A DNA stretch of 64,000 bases from Rhodospirillaceae bacterium (GTDB taxonomy: Bacteria; Pseudomonadota; Alphaproteobacteria; Rhodospirillales; Rhodospirillaceae). The stretch spans positions 991 through 64,990 of the forward strand of contig JABJAH010000036.1 of assembly GCA_018666155.1 (NCBI GenBank). The letters run 5' to 3'. Position numbers and translations under genes: made by a program. Below the pieces are notes generated by a model, which did not search any database, was not told where the DNA came from, and saw only the letters and a program-made list of their open reading frames with translations. Below are positions 38,352 through 48,716 of this stretch, in pieces (the first letter of the stretch is position 1; each line of letters starts with the position of its first letter).

Positions 38352-39449
38352 ATGTCTTCTTCGGCACACACGGATAACACGTCGGCGCTGGTTAACCAGC
38401 TCATCACGCAGATCAAGCAACATGGCCCAATATCAGTCGCGGCCTACATGAGTGCGGTCGCCGATGCCTATTACGCCCGAGGTCGCGTTTTTGGAAAGGA
38501 CGGCGATTTCGTCACTGCGCCTGAAATCTCTCAGGTCTTTGGTGAATTGGTCGGTCTGTGGTGCATCACCGCATGGCAAGCATTGGGGCAGCCACGAAAT
38601 TTTCAACTCGTGGAATGTGGACCCGGACGCGGCACACTGATGGCTGATGCGTTGCGAACGGTTTGGGATGTGGCGCCAGTCTTTGCCCGCTCTGCGTCAC
38701 TTCATTTCATTGAACGAAGCGAAGCCTTGCGTGAGGAACAAAGACGCACCCTCGCGGCCTACGATATCGATTGGCATAAAGACCTCTCTACAGTGCCTGA
38801 TGGGCCGGTGATCATCATCGCCAACGAATTTCTTGATGCATTGCCCATCTCGCAGTTCGTGAGAACTGCGGCGGGATGGTGCGAACGCATGGTAACCCAC
38901 GGAGCAAACGGGCTTGAATTCGAAGTCGCCCCCTTGCCCAACGCTACGATCGACGAAACCTTCGATGACGCTCCTAACGGCAGCATTCTTGAACAGTCGG
39001 AAGCGGTAGAAAAGGTCGTCTCGGACATAGCAGCACTTTGCGCCGAGCGACCTGGTGTCGCCCTTCTCATCGACTATGGCCACATGATTACGGATGTCGG
39101 CGATACCCTGCAGGCCATTAAGAATCACGCCTTCCATCCCGTCCTCGAAACACCGGGCGAAGCTGATTTAACCGCCCATGTTGATTTTGCTGCGGTGGCT
39201 CAAACCGCAAGATCGATCGGCGCAAGCGTTCACGGGCCAGTCGAGCAAGGCCTATGGCTTAATCGCCTTGGCGCGGGGGTTAGAGAAACTCAACTTTCAG
39301 ACGGAAAACCGGAGGCTGATGTCGCGGTCATTCGCAGCAGCATTCAAAGACTCGTCGATCCCGAAGCAATGGGGACCCTGTTCAAGGTTATTGCTCTCGG
39401 CCCAGCCGGTTGCGCCCCCTTGTCAGGGTTTAGCGCGGGTACAGATTGA
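38352..39449 (+). CDS. Class I SAM-dependent methyltransferase, NDUFAF7/MidA (DUF185) family
   Basis: 365 aa. Contains DFVTAPEISQVFGEL, ECGPGRGTLM and ANEFLDALP, typical of the family. It lies in the lgt-midA-pgeF order common in alphaproteobacteria. Confidence 0.8.
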   Translation: MSSSAHTDNTSALVNQLITQIKQHGPISVAAYMSAVADAYYARGRVFGKDGDFVTAPEISQVFGELVGLWCITAWQALGQPRNFQLVECGPGRGTLMADALRTVWDVAPVFARSASLHFIERSEALREEQRRTLAAYDIDWHKDLSTVPDGPVIIIANEFLDALPISQFVRTAAGWCERMVTHGANGLEFEVAPLPNATIDETFDDAPNGSILEQSEAVEKVVSDIAALCAERPGVALLIDYGHMITDVGDTLQAIKNHAFHPVLETPGEADLTAHVDFAAVAQTARSIGASVHGPVEQGLWLNRLGAGVRETQLSDGKPEADVAVIRSSIQRLVDPEAMGTLFKVIALGPAGCAPLSGFSAGTD

Positions 39450-40216
39450 TGATTGAAGCCGCCAACTTGGCCGCTGTTTCTGGCATTCGACACGGCTTTT
39501 TCACCCGGGAGGGTGGACTGTCCACGGGCATATACGAAGGCTTGAATTGCAGCTTGGGTTCGGATGACGCTCGAGATTCTGTGGTCGCAAACCGGGCAAT
39601 CTGCGCACAAGCCCTTGGTGTCTCTGGTGAATCTCTCGTCACTGTCCACCAGGAACATACGCCCGATGTGGTCACAGTTTCAGCTCCGTGGACGGCGGAG
39701 GACGTACCCGTTGCCGACGGCCTGGTTACTAATCAGCCCGGCATCGCCCTGGCGATTTTGGCGGCAGATTGCACACCAGTCCTTTTCGTTGATCCAGTCG
39801 CTAGAGTCATTGGCGCGGCACATGCGGGATGGAAAGGCGCGATGACCGGTGTGGTCGAAAACACGGTCGACGCGATGACAACACTAGGTGCTACAAGGGG
39901 CAACATTCGAGCCGCGATTGGCCCCTGTATTGGCGCAGCCTCATACGAGGTTGGCCCGGAGTTCAGCACGCGGTTTCTGGACGATGACCCTCATAACGAA
40001 AATTATTTCAAACCATCTTCTAACCGCGGGCATTCTTACTTTGATCTTGGTGGCTTCACCTTAGATCGAGCAGTCGCAACAGGCATCGCCTCAGTAGACC
40101 GCATTGATACCGATACATACGCCGATGAACGACGCTTCTTTAGTTATCGCCGGTCTTGCCATCGGAGTGAGCCCGATTATGGCCGGCAGCTCTCCGGTAT
40201 TGCGCTGGTGCCCTGA
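39446..40216 (+). CDS. pgeF: Peptidoglycan editing factor PgeF (YfiH/laccase-domain protein)
   Basis: 256 aa. Contains ADC.PV, AHAGWKG, and C-terminal CTY…RRFFSYRR-like motifs (DTYADERRFFSYRR). Confidence 0.85.
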   Translation: MMIEAANLAAVSGIRHGFFTREGGLSTGIYEGLNCSLGSDDARDSVVANRAICAQALGVSGESLVTVHQEHTPDVVTVSAPWTAEDVPVADGLVTNQPGIALAILAADCTPVLFVDPVARVIGAAHAGWKGAMTGVVENTVDAMTTLGATRGNIRAAIGPCIGAASYEVGPEFSTRFLDDDPHNENYFKPSSNRGHSYFDLGGFTLDRAVATGIASVDRIDTDTYADERRFFSYRRSCHRSEPDYGRQLSGIALVP

Positions 40217-40220
40217 GACT

Positions 40221-41111
40221 ATGACAAGCCGAAGGCGATTGATGTCTCTGTTAGGGAGCGCCGTTATTCCGGCCCTGCTCACCGCCTGCGGGAGCGTGCC
40301 ACAACCCTTCCGGCGCGTTTCCTATTCTGCGAATCCCTTACTCGCTAATCCAAGCGGCGCAGGCATCGGCGTTGTGCCTCCGGTTGGTATTGATCGAGAC
40401 ACAGCGGTCTATATTGCAGCACGGATCGCGGAAGACTTGCGACAGCGCGAGATCCCAGCGGAAGCGGTTGATCGGACCGGTATTCTCAGCTTTACCCTCG
40501 AAGGTAATCTGTGGGACTCCTCAGAAGACGGGTCGGCGACCGTTTTGACCTTCAACTGGCGGCTTCTCAACCGGCTGGGCCAAATCGTCGAGCGGCTGGA
40601 TCAAGATGTTTACGTTGAAACCTCACCCTGGGCTAATGGATCAATTATCGAGCAAGATCACGTCGCCGACGACATAGCGATTCGTCTCGCCGTTCTTCTG
40701 GCTCCGCCAATAGACGCGAAGACGATAGAAGCCCCAGTAGCGCCCTGGCTCGGCTTAACCGCAACCATTCAAAAGCCAGACTCGGCACCCGGCGATGGCG
40801 CCCAGTCTCTTGGCAACGCCATGGCGACCAGACTCGCTCGAGAAGGCTTTAAACCCGCAACTGGCACACCCGATGTCATATTTGCCGCAACGGTGAGTGT
40901 AATCCAATACGATGCTGGTCAGGACGATGTCGCAATCGTCTGGCAGATCCTCAATGCCGATGGCCAGAACCTGGGGGAAGTGAGACTCGACAACCGCATC
41001 CCTCGGGGCGAATTGGACGGCCCATGGGGGATGATTGCCGAAGCAATCGTCGATGGCGCCCTACCCGGCCTGCTCGAAATCATCGCCAAAACGACCGACC
41101 CTCGGCGATAG
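40221..41111 (+). CDS. Hypothetical lipoprotein with internally duplicated domain
   Basis: Start MTSRRRLMSLLGSAVIPALLTACGS gives a lipobox (LLTAC). The two halves share a pattern (…FNWRLLNRLGQIVE… and …IVWQILNADGQNLGE…). Confidence 0.6.
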   Translation: MTSRRRLMSLLGSAVIPALLTACGSVPQPFRRVSYSANPLLANPSGAGIGVVPPVGIDRDTAVYIAARIAEDLRQREIPAEAVDRTGILSFTLEGNLWDSSEDGSATVLTFNWRLLNRLGQIVERLDQDVYVETSPWANGSIIEQDHVADDIAIRLAVLLAPPIDAKTIEAPVAPWLGLTATIQKPDSAPGDGAQSLGNAMATRLAREGFKPATGTPDVIFAATVSVIQYDAGQDDVAIVWQILNADGQNLGEVRLDNRIPRGELDGPWGMIAEAIVDGALPGLLEIIAKTTDPRR

Positions 41112-41274
41112 GAGTCCCAGCAGCCAAGAAAGTCTGACTTGAGGGCTGAATCCGGCCTGCGGAACGTTTACAGACTTGTGACAGATTGATAGGTTTTCGC
41201 CCGTTCGATACGGCTGAGGAGCGGCACCAAAAAGCCGGTTTATGGGGCGCGTGCCGACGGGGGTCTTTAATTCA

Positions 41275-42210
41275 ATGAAACTTTTGGCTGGCAACGCCAA
41301 TCGGCCACTCGCCGAAGCCATCGCCGCGTATTTGCATGTCGAGTTGACCAATGCGTCGGTGAAGCGCTTTTCAGACATGGAAGTGTTTGTTGAGATTCAT
41401 GAAAACGTTCGTGGGGAAGACGTTTTTGTCATCCAACCGACATCGTATCCAGCGAACGATAATCTCATGGAGCTTCTGGTCACGTTAGACGCGTTACGGC
41501 GTGCCTCTGCGGACCGCGTGACCGCTGTCATTCCTTATTTCGGGTACGCCCGCCAAGATCGCAAGACTGCGCCTCGCACGCCCATTACAGCCAAGCTGGT
41601 GGCCAATCTCATCCATCAGGCAGGGGCAAGCCGCGTCCTGACGCTAGATCTTCATTCCGGTCAAATTCAGGGATTCTTCGATATCCCGCTGGACAACCTT
41701 TTTGGTCAGCCGGTCTTCGTTGAAGACATCAAAAGCCGCTATGACGGCTATAGCGGGCCGATGATTATTTCTCCCGATGTCGGGGGCGTGGTCCGCGCCA
41801 GAGCCCTCGCCAAGCGTCTCAACACAGAACTAGCGATTATTGATAAGCGCCGTGAGCGGGCCGGGGTTTCAGAGGTCATGAACATCATTGGTGATGTCAA
41901 AGGCCGGGACTGCATTCTGGTCGATGATATCGTCGATTCGGCCGGAACCCTGTGCAACGCGTCCGTCGCCCTGATGAATGCCGGCGCCAAGTCTGTTTCG
42001 GCCTATGTCACCCACGGCGTGCTGTCCGGTGGGGCTGTAGGCCGGGTTTCGGCTTCGCCAATGACAGAATTGGTGATTACGGACAGCATTCAGGCCACGG
42101 AAGCCGTCCGATTGGCAGATAATGTCCGGCAGATCTCCATCGCACCGTTGATGGCAGAAGCGGTCAAACGGATTAGCTCGGAATCCTCTGTTTCCAGCCT
42201 GTTCGACTGA
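41275..42210 (+). CDS. prs: Ribose-phosphate pyrophosphokinase
   Basis: Starts [17 protein letters not shown]. The PRPP-binding loop is [13 protein letters not shown]. Confidence 0.95.
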   Translation: MKLLAGNANRPLAEAIAAYLHVELTNASVKRFSDMEVFVEIHENVRGEDVFVIQPTSYPANDNLMELLVTLDALRRASADRVTAVIPYFGYARQDRKTAPRTPITAKLVANLIHQAGASRVLTLDLHSGQIQGFFDIPLDNLFGQPVFVEDIKSRYDGYSGPMIISPDVGGVVRARALAKRLNTELAIIDKRRERAGVSEVMNIIGDVKGRDCILVDDIVDSAGTLCNASVALMNAGAKSVSAYVTHGVLSGGAVGRVSASPMTELVITDSIQATEAVRLADNVRQISIAPLMAEAVKRISSESSVSSLFD

Positions 42211-42387
42211 CCCTCATCCCGATAAGCCCAGGGGCTTGAGCCTGGCCACGAATCCTTGTATTACCCCCGCTTCTTGGCGCTACCCAGATTCTGAGTGGGG
42301 CCGATAGGACCGGCGGCGACACCCCTGGAGGCCTGCCGGCGACACGCCCTTAACAAGGCTGTTGGAATAACCTGAAGGAGACCAGAA

Positions 42388-43062
42388 ATGGCAAACGTAA
42401 GCGCCCTGACAGTTCAGGGACGCGATCGGGCCGGCAAGGGGGCAGCCCGCGCAACACGCCGAGAAGGCCTCGTGCCTGGTGTGATCTATGGCGATAGCAA
42501 GGAACCAGTCCTTATCTCCATGAAACCGCGCGATCTGTTCGTTGAAATGCACAAGCCCGGATTCGCGACCCAGATTTTCGAAATTACCGTCGGCAAAGAT
42601 ACCCAGCGGGCAATGGCGCAGGATGTTCAAATGCATCCCGTACGCGATGTTCCCGTTCATGTGGATTTCCGACGCATTGGCAAGAACACAGTCGTGACTG
42701 TTGAAGTGCCGGTACATTTCTCCAATGAAGAGGAATCACCAGGCATCAAGCAAGGCGGCGTGGTCAACGTCGTGCGCCACCAAATCGAAGTGCGCGCGCG
42801 TCCAGATGCCTTGCCAGAACGGTTTGAGATCGACCTCACCGGCCTAGAAATTGGTGATTCGGTCCACATTAGTGCGATCACAATGCCTGAGGGCGTCGCA
42901 CCTACTATTACGGATCGCGACTTCACCATCTGCACCCTTGCCGCACCGACCGTTCAGACGGCCGCTGAAGATGAGGAAGATGCCGAAGCCGCCGAAGGCG
43001 AAGCTGCCGAGGGCGAAGACGCCGAAGGCGAAGACGCCAAGAAAGAAGAGTCGGGAGACTAA
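42388..43062 (+). CDS. rplY: 50S ribosomal protein L25 / general stress protein Ctc
   Basis: 224 aa. The N-terminal half is L25/Ctc-like (RATRREGLVPGVIYG). The C-terminus is an acidic low-complexity tail. AAGGAGA is present upstream. Confidence 0.9.
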   Translation: MANVSALTVQGRDRAGKGAARATRREGLVPGVIYGDSKEPVLISMKPRDLFVEMHKPGFATQIFEITVGKDTQRAMAQDVQMHPVRDVPVHVDFRRIGKNTVVTVEVPVHFSNEEESPGIKQGGVVNVVRHQIEVRARPDALPERFEIDLTGLEIGDSVHISAITMPEGVAPTITDRDFTICTLAAPTVQTAAEDEEDAEAAEGEAAEGEDAEGEDAKKEESGD

Positions 43063-43069
43063 AAGTTCA

Positions 43070-43094
43070 GAGGGTCCGGTTATACCGGACCCTC
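43070..43094 (+). terminator. Strong hairpin after rplY/ctc (terminator or attenuator; weak U-tract)
   Basis: GAGGGTCCGG (43070..43079), loop TTATA, then CCGGACCCTC (43085..43094): a perfect 10-bp stem. It is followed by TCCTTCC rather than a clean T-run. Confidence 0.45.
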
Positions 43095-43149
43095 TCCTTC
43101 CCGACGTGTTGCCAGTGTTCCCTCCGTCTATCTGCATCGCGAGACCGCC

Positions 43150-43770
43150 ATGCGCCTCCTTGTAGGTCTGGGCAATCCCGGCTCCGGCTATGCCAACAAC
43201 CGACACAATCTCGGCTTCATGACCGTCGACCGCATTGTCGAGCGTCATGGACTGGGGACGTGGCGCACCAAGTTTCAGGGTCACTTTGCCCAGGGACAAC
43301 TCGGCGGTGATAACGTTGTCCTCCTGAAGCCCATGACATTTATGAACGAATCAGGCCGAGCGGTGAGCGAAGCGATGAGCTTCTACAAGCTCGACCTAGA
43401 AGACGTCATTGTTTTCTATGATGAAATCGAATTGGCGCCCGGCAAAATCCGCGTCCGAAAAGGCGGCGGCCATGCCGGACACAATGGCATTCGCAGCTTG
43501 GTATCCCACATTGGGGAAGCTTTTTGGCGCACCCGCATGGGAGTTGGCCATCCCGGCAACAAAGATCGCGTTTCCGGATACGTTCTGCAGGATTTCGCCA
43601 AAGCGGATAGCACGTGGGTGACCGCGCTTGTTGACGCGGCGACAGATGCGACGCCGCTCCTGATAGAGGGCGAAGACAACCGATTTATGACCGACGTCGC
43701 CCAGGCGATGCAGGGCATTGAAACACCGCCGTCACCCCGTGATGTCAAAGCGGATAAGAAAGAAGGGTAA
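43150..43770 (+). CDS. pth: Peptidyl-tRNA hydrolase
   Basis: 206 aa. MRLLVGLGNPGSGYANNRHNLGF and GGHAGHNG are Pth signatures. Confidence 0.95.
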   Translation: MRLLVGLGNPGSGYANNRHNLGFMTVDRIVERHGLGTWRTKFQGHFAQGQLGGDNVVLLKPMTFMNESGRAVSEAMSFYKLDLEDVIVFYDEIELAPGKIRVRKGGGHAGHNGIRSLVSHIGEAFWRTRMGVGHPGNKDRVSGYVLQDFAKADSTWVTALVDAATDATPLLIEGEDNRFMTDVAQAMQGIETPPSPRDVKADKKEG

Positions 43771-43775
43771 GAACC

Positions 43776-44879
43776 ATGGGGTTTAACTGCGGCATTGTTG
43801 GTCTGCCAAATGTCGGCAAGTCGACGCTCTTTAATGCGCTGACGTCTACCGCTGCAGCACAGGCGGCAAATTTTCCATTTTGTACGATTGAACCGAATGT
43901 CGGTCGGGTTGCGGTCCCCGATGATCGGCTCACAACAATCTCAGAAATTGGTAAATCCGCAGTGACTATCCCCACTCAACTCGAGTTCGTTGATATTGCT
44001 GGGCTGGTTAAAGGCGCCAGCCGCGGTGAAGGATTGGGCAACAAGTTCCTTGCCAACATTCGTGAAGTCGACGCCATTGTGCACGTCTTGCGTTGTTTCG
44101 AAGATGGCAACGTCACCCACGTTGACGGCTCCGTTGATCCCGTCCGAGACGCTGAAACCGTTGAAACTGAACTTCTACTAGCTGATTTAGAAAGCATAGA
44201 AAAGCGCGCGGACGCTATGGCCAAGAAGGCCAAATCCGGAGACAAAGAGGCCAAAGATCAAATTGCCGTCGTGGGCCCCGTGCTAGAGGCCCTGAAAGAA
44301 GGCAAAGCAGCGCGAACCGCACGTCCGGACGATGAAAACGGCCGCAAGATTTTTCGTCAGCTGCAACTCCTCACGGCGAAGCCCGTCCTATATGCCTGCA
44401 ATGTCGAAGAAAACAACGCAGCGGATGGCAATGCTTTTTCAGCACAAGTCGAAGCCATGGCGGAGAAGGTCGGCGCGCGCTGTGTTGTGGTCTCTGCGGC
44501 CATCGAGGCCGAGGTCTCTCAATTGGACGACCCTGCGGAACGGAAAGACTTTCTGGAAACCCTGGGACTAGAAGAGACCGGCTTGGCGCGTGTAATCCGG
44601 GTTGGATACGAACTGCTCGACCTGCTCACCTTCTTCACGGTCGGGCCGAAAGAGGCCCGCGCGTGGACGGTCCGCAATGGTGCCACGGGCCCTCAAGCGG
44701 CGGGCGCGATCCACACCGACTTTGAACGTGGCTTTATCCGCGCCGAGACCATCGCCTATGACGATTTCGTGTCTCTAGGAGGCGAGCAGGCGTCCAAAGA
44801 TGCCGGCAAGATGCGCCAGGAAGGCAAAGAGTATCCCGTCAAAGACGGCGATATCATGCACTTCCTCTTCAACGTATGA
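43776..44879 (+). CDS. ychF: Redox-regulated ATPase YchF
   Basis: 367 aa. [17 protein letters not shown] and a C-terminal TGS-like region ending …[11 protein letters not shown]. Confidence 0.95.
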   Translation: MGFNCGIVGLPNVGKSTLFNALTSTAAAQAANFPFCTIEPNVGRVAVPDDRLTTISEIGKSAVTIPTQLEFVDIAGLVKGASRGEGLGNKFLANIREVDAIVHVLRCFEDGNVTHVDGSVDPVRDAETVETELLLADLESIEKRADAMAKKAKSGDKEAKDQIAVVGPVLEALKEGKAARTARPDDENGRKIFRQLQLLTAKPVLYACNVEENNAADGNAFSAQVEAMAEKVGARCVVVSAAIEAEVSQLDDPAERKDFLETLGLEETGLARVIRVGYELLDLLTFFTVGPKEARAWTVRNGATGPQAAGAIHTDFERGFIRAETIAYDDFVSLGGEQASKDAGKMRQEGKEYPVKDGDIMHFLFNV

Positions 44880-44917
44880 CGGGCTCTATAGCAACGGCGT
44901 AGACCTTAATCGCAACT

Positions 44918-45784
44918 TCACGTTGGAGCCGTGAACTTCTCAATAAATAAGTCCGCGACAACATCAATAACGTCTGCGTTAACGTGTCGAGATCCAAGTT
45001 CGACGTCAGATCCGAATACGGGCCCTGAGTGAGCTGTGAGCCACCGTACGATCTCAAATGAAGGCCAATAGAATACATCGGGAATGGACTGACTCATCAC
45101 CATTGTTGCCGCCACTCGCATAATGCTTTTCGAGACACAGTCTTCAACAAATGCGGACCCGCCGGGTCTAAAGCTCTTAATCAAAGGGATAGGCGAAACA
45201 GTCAATACCACCTTGGCCTTTGGGCTCAGGCTCCGAATTCGATCGATAATAGAGATTACATTCTTCGCGTTGACATCGGGCGTCGTCATGATTGCCTTCG
45301 CTTCTTTCCTTTCCGTGAATGTTTTTGAGTGATACGGCACGTATTTTCCGTCTTCCGAAATCAATACGTGGGCGACACCGATTGTAATAATAGCGCATTC
45401 GCACGTTCGCATGCGTTCTTGGAGAGCGGCCAAGGTGATCAACTCTCTTTGAGTGAGTTGATTGATGATTCTATCGTCATCCGTAGATAGCAACAACCTT
45501 GTCGCAAAGGTCGAGTTTTCCGCCTCCTCCATCGCAACCGAAAATGCATCAAATCCCTTCGCATTTAGAACGTCGGAAATATGATTCGCGAAACACGAGC
45601 CCAGCGACAAAATTGGTGAATCTTTTCTTATGAACGACAGCGGATCTGGAAACTCCGTATCGATCAGCCTGCGTGCCAAACTAGCCAAGTCACTGTGTGG
45701 GGGTAAATCCCTGGGATAGCGATCATTCATTGAGGATGTTCCATCTGAGTCGCCAAACCTTAGCGACTTTCCTAATTGACGCAC
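44918..45784 (-). CDS. GSCFA-family protein (SGNH-like fold, unknown function)
   Basis: 288 aa carrying the family-name motif …ILSLGSCFANHI… It is AT-richer than its neighbours (28/60 and 29/60 G+C in two hand-counted lines). Confidence 0.6.
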   Translation of the reverse strand: MRQLGKSLRFGDSDGTSSMNDRYPRDLPPHSDLASLARRLIDTEFPDPLSFIRKDSPILSLGSCFANHISDVLNAKGFDAFSVAMEEAENSTFATRLLLSTDDDRIINQLTQRELITLAALQERMRTCECAIITIGVAHVLISEDGKYVPYHSKTFTERKEAKAIMTTPDVNAKNVISIIDRIRSLSPKAKVVLTVSPIPLIKSFRPGGSAFVEDCVSKSIMRVAATMVMSQSIPDVFYWPSFEIVRWLTAHSGPVFGSDVELGSRHVNADVIDVVADLFIEKFTAPT

Positions 45785-45840
45785 AAGAGCGTTCGCAGGG
45801 AAACAACCATTTCAATGTTGTCTAGGTAAGCTGCGCTTCA

Positions 45841-45876
45841 CAAAGCAAAACCGCCGGCCTTTTGGGCCAGCGGTTT
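45841..45876 (-). terminator. Rho-independent terminator of the petABC operon
   Basis: The minus strand reads CCGCTGGCC-caaaa-GGCCGGCGG followed by TTTTGCTTTG. It lies 30 nt downstream of the petC stop. Confidence 0.6.
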
Positions 45877-45906
45877 AATGTTCTTTTTGATTTCGGGCTG
45901 AAACGT

Positions 45907-46677
45907 CTAGTGCTTGACGTCAGCCCAAATGCGGCGCTTGAGGAAATATGCCAAGACCGTAAAGATAAACGTAAACAACAACACGCGGATGCCCGTCTGT
46001 TTGCGCACTTCCAGCTTAGGCTCAGCCGCCCAATGCAAGAATGCGGAAACGTCCTTGGCCATCTGCTCAGTGGTTGCAGGAGTTCCGTCAGAATATTCGA
46101 TCAACTCATCGAACAACTGCTGCGCCATAGCAATCTGGTTGCCCTCGAAAACGGTGTTGTAGTACATGCCGTCCATCATCTCGGCTTCCATTTCCGCTGG
46201 CGGATCTTGGTAACCGATGATCAAGCTGTACATATAGTCCGGCCCGCCATGACGCGCCTTGGTCATCAGCGACAAGTCAGGTGGCAGCGCACCGTTGTTA
46301 GAAGCGCGGGCAAACTGCTCGTTTGGATAAGGATTAGGCATGTAATCCGCGGGGATTGCCGGGCGATCAAAGATGTCGCCCTGGTCATCGCAGCATTCTT
46401 CGAGCGTGTACTCTGACGCCAAGACCTTGGTTTGGTCTTCACTGTACCCAATGGCTTTTAGATTGCGGAACGCAATGTAGTCCAGACCATGACAAGACGA
46501 ACAAATTTCACGATAGACCTGAAAACCGCGCTGTAACTGTTGGCGATCAAACCGGCCAAACGGTCCGTCGAACGACCATTCCTGATGGTCTAAAACGACC
46601 TCGCCCGCGGCTTGCGTGGTTGCGGGTGCAAAACCCAAAAGGGTTATGGCCGCGGCAGCAAAAAGAACGATTCTCAT
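45907..46677 (-). CDS. petC: Cytochrome c1
   Basis: Starts MRIVLFAAAAITLLG (signal peptide). It has the haem-binding motif CSSCHG and a C-terminal TM anchor. Confidence 0.9.
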   Translation of the reverse strand: MRIVLFAAAAITLLGFAPATTQAAGEVVLDHQEWSFDGPFGRFDRQQLQRGFQVYREICSSCHGLDYIAFRNLKAIGYSEDQTKVLASEYTLEECCDDQGDIFDRPAIPADYMPNPYPNEQFARASNNGALPPDLSLMTKARHGGPDYMYSLIIGYQDPPAEMEAEMMDGMYYNTVFEGNQIAMAQQLFDELIEYSDGTPATTEQMAKDVSAFLHWAAEPKLEVRKQTGIRVLLFTFIFTVLAYFLKRRIWADVKH

Positions 46678-46681
46678 ATCT

Positions 46682-47905
46682 CTACTCCGCAGGCTTTGCC
46701 ACAACGGGCGTGCTGATACTGGTTGGAAGTGGTTTCGGCGTTTCGATCCAGCCGATGACCGGCATCAGAACCAGGAAATGGAAGAAGTACCAGAACGTGC
46801 CGACACGGGTCAGGATCAGCGGGATGCCCTCTGGCAATTGGGAGCCACACCACCCCAACACCATGCAATCGATCAAGAAAATCCAGAAGAGGACTTTAAA
46901 GATTGGACGGAATGTTGCGGAACGAACGCGCGACGTATCGAGCCAAGGAATGACGAACAAAATCAGAATTGAACCGAACATCAAGATAACGCCCGTCAAC
47001 TTGTCATCGATTGAGCGCAATATCGCGTAGAAGGGTAGGAAGTACCACTCAGGAACGATATGAGCCGGCGTCGAAAGCGGGTTCGCCGGGATGTAGTTAT
47101 CCGTGTGCCCCATTGCGTTCGGGAACCAGAACACCACCGTAAAGTAGGCCAACAGGAATACACCGACCCCGAAGGCATCCTTCGACGTGTAGTACGGGTG
47201 GAACGGGATCTTATCCTTCGGCGTCGCTTCAATACCGAGTGGGTTGTTTGATCCAGGAATGTGAAGCGCCCAGATGTGCAGAACAACAACACCAACTAAG
47301 ACAAACGGCATCAGATAGTGAAGGGCAAAGAACCGGTTCAGGGTTGGGTTATCAACCGAAAAGCCACCCCACAACAGGGTAACAATCTCGTCGCCGATGA
47401 TAGGGATCGCCGAGAACAGGTTGGTAATAACCGTCGCGCCCCAGAAGCTCATCTGGCCCCATGGTAGAACATAGCCCATGAACGCGGTCGCCATCATCAA
47501 CAGCATAATAATAATGCCGAGCCACCACAGCACTTCTCGAGGGGCTTTGTAGGAGCCGTAGTATAAACCGCGGAAAATATGGATATAGACCACGATAAAG
47601 AAGAAGCTTGCGCCGTTGGCGTGCATATAGCGCAGCAACCAGCCGGAATTCACGTCGCGCATGATGCGCTCAACGCTTTGGAAAGCGTGATCAACGTGCG
47701 GTGTGTATGACATGGCGAGCAAGATGCCCGTCATAATCAAAACCACCATGATGAATAAGGCTAAAGAGCCGAAGTTCCAGTAATAGTTCAGGTTCTTTGG
47801 CGCCGGGTATTTTGACCCGATGGAGTGATCGATAAAGGAAACAATAGGCAGGCGTTCTTCAAACCAATCGAAAGCCTGCATGCCCCAACCTTTTTCAGTG
47901 CTCAT
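46682..47905 (-). CDS. petB: Cytochrome b
   Basis: 407 aa. Contains [18 protein letters not shown] and the [13 protein letters not shown] motif. Confidence 0.95.
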   Translation of the reverse strand: MSTEKGWGMQAFDWFEERLPIVSFIDHSIGSKYPAPKNLNYYWNFGSLALFIMVVLIMTGILLAMSYTPHVDHAFQSVERIMRDVNSGWLLRYMHANGASFFFIVVYIHIFRGLYYGSYKAPREVLWWLGIIIMLLMMATAFMGYVLPWGQMSFWGATVITNLFSAIPIIGDEIVTLLWGGFSVDNPTLNRFFALHYLMPFVLVGVVVLHIWALHIPGSNNPLGIEATPKDKIPFHPYYTSKDAFGVGVFLLAYFTVVFWFPNAMGHTDNYIPANPLSTPAHIVPEWYFLPFYAILRSIDDKLTGVILMFGSILILFVIPWLDTSRVRSATFRPIFKVLFWIFLIDCMVLGWCGSQLPEGIPLILTRVGTFWYFFHFLVLMPVIGWIETPKPLPTSISTPVVAKPAE

Positions 47906-47919
47906 TGCGGCTACGCTCC

Positions 47920-48471
47920 TTAACCGATGCGAATGTTTGTTTCGGAGAGGAAGGTGTACTCAGGCACCTCAAGATTTGTCGGTGCCGGCCCTCTACGAAT
48001 ACGGGCTGACAGGTCGTAGTGGGACCCGTGACAGGGACAGAAGTATCCACCGAAATCTCCCCGCGTTTCGGTTGTCTTCTGGCCGAGCGGAATACAGCCG
48101 AGGTGCGTGCAAACACCCACCACAATCAAGTATTTGTCATTCTGAACCCGCTCTTCATCGGGCTGGGGATCAGGCATGTCTTGCCAGCGCTCACTGCGGG
48201 CTTGCTCAATCTCTGCCGCAGTCCGGTAACGTACGAATACGGGTTTGCCGCGCCAGCTGATCGTGATCGCCTGACCCTCTTCGAGTCCGGCCAAGCTGGC
48301 CTCTACAGAAGACAGCGCCAAGGTATCAGCGGCTGGATTCATGCTGTTAATGAGGGGCCACATGGAGACCACCACCCCGACAGCGCCGGTCGCTAATGTC
48401 GCGTGTAGCAGGAAATCCCGCCGTGATTCATCTTCTGTGGGAACCGCCTGGTTTTCTGCCGCATCCGCCAT
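47920..48471 (-). CDS. petA: Ubiquinol-cytochrome c reductase Rieske iron-sulfur subunit
   Basis: Starts MADAAENQ… with a Tat-like RRDFLL. The Rieske boxes CTHLGC and CPCHGS are present. The longer listed ORF start is implausible. Confidence 0.9.
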   Translation of the reverse strand: MADAAENQAVPTEDESRRDFLLHATLATGAVGVVVSMWPLINSMNPAADTLALSSVEASLAGLEEGQAITISWRGKPVFVRYRTAAEIEQARSERWQDMPDPQPDEERVQNDKYLIVVGVCTHLGCIPLGQKTTETRGDFGGYFCPCHGSHYDLSARIRRGPAPTNLEVPEYTFLSETNIRIG

Positions 48472-48716
48472 GTTTCGGACCTCTCGGTTCTTGTTTCGAC
48501 GCCGGGAGCGATACGCGAGACCAGGCAATATGGGGCAAAACCACCCCCTACAACCCAAACGACCCTTGGCCAGAAAGCCATAGCCCGCCTTGTCTTGCTT
48601 CCCCTTCCCCAACGAAACTCTAAGGAAAACAATGACATGGGGTATAGGATATTTTTTTGGCCGTGAAAAGGCCTTTGCAGCGCCTCAAAACCGTTCTCAG
48701 CTAAGGTCATAACACC

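Noticed and set aside
42211-42387. EcfG-type general-stress promoter (GGAAC-N16/17-CGTT) upstream of ctc
   Set aside because: No GGAAC element is present in the leader. Only TTGGAATAAC occurs, which does not fit.
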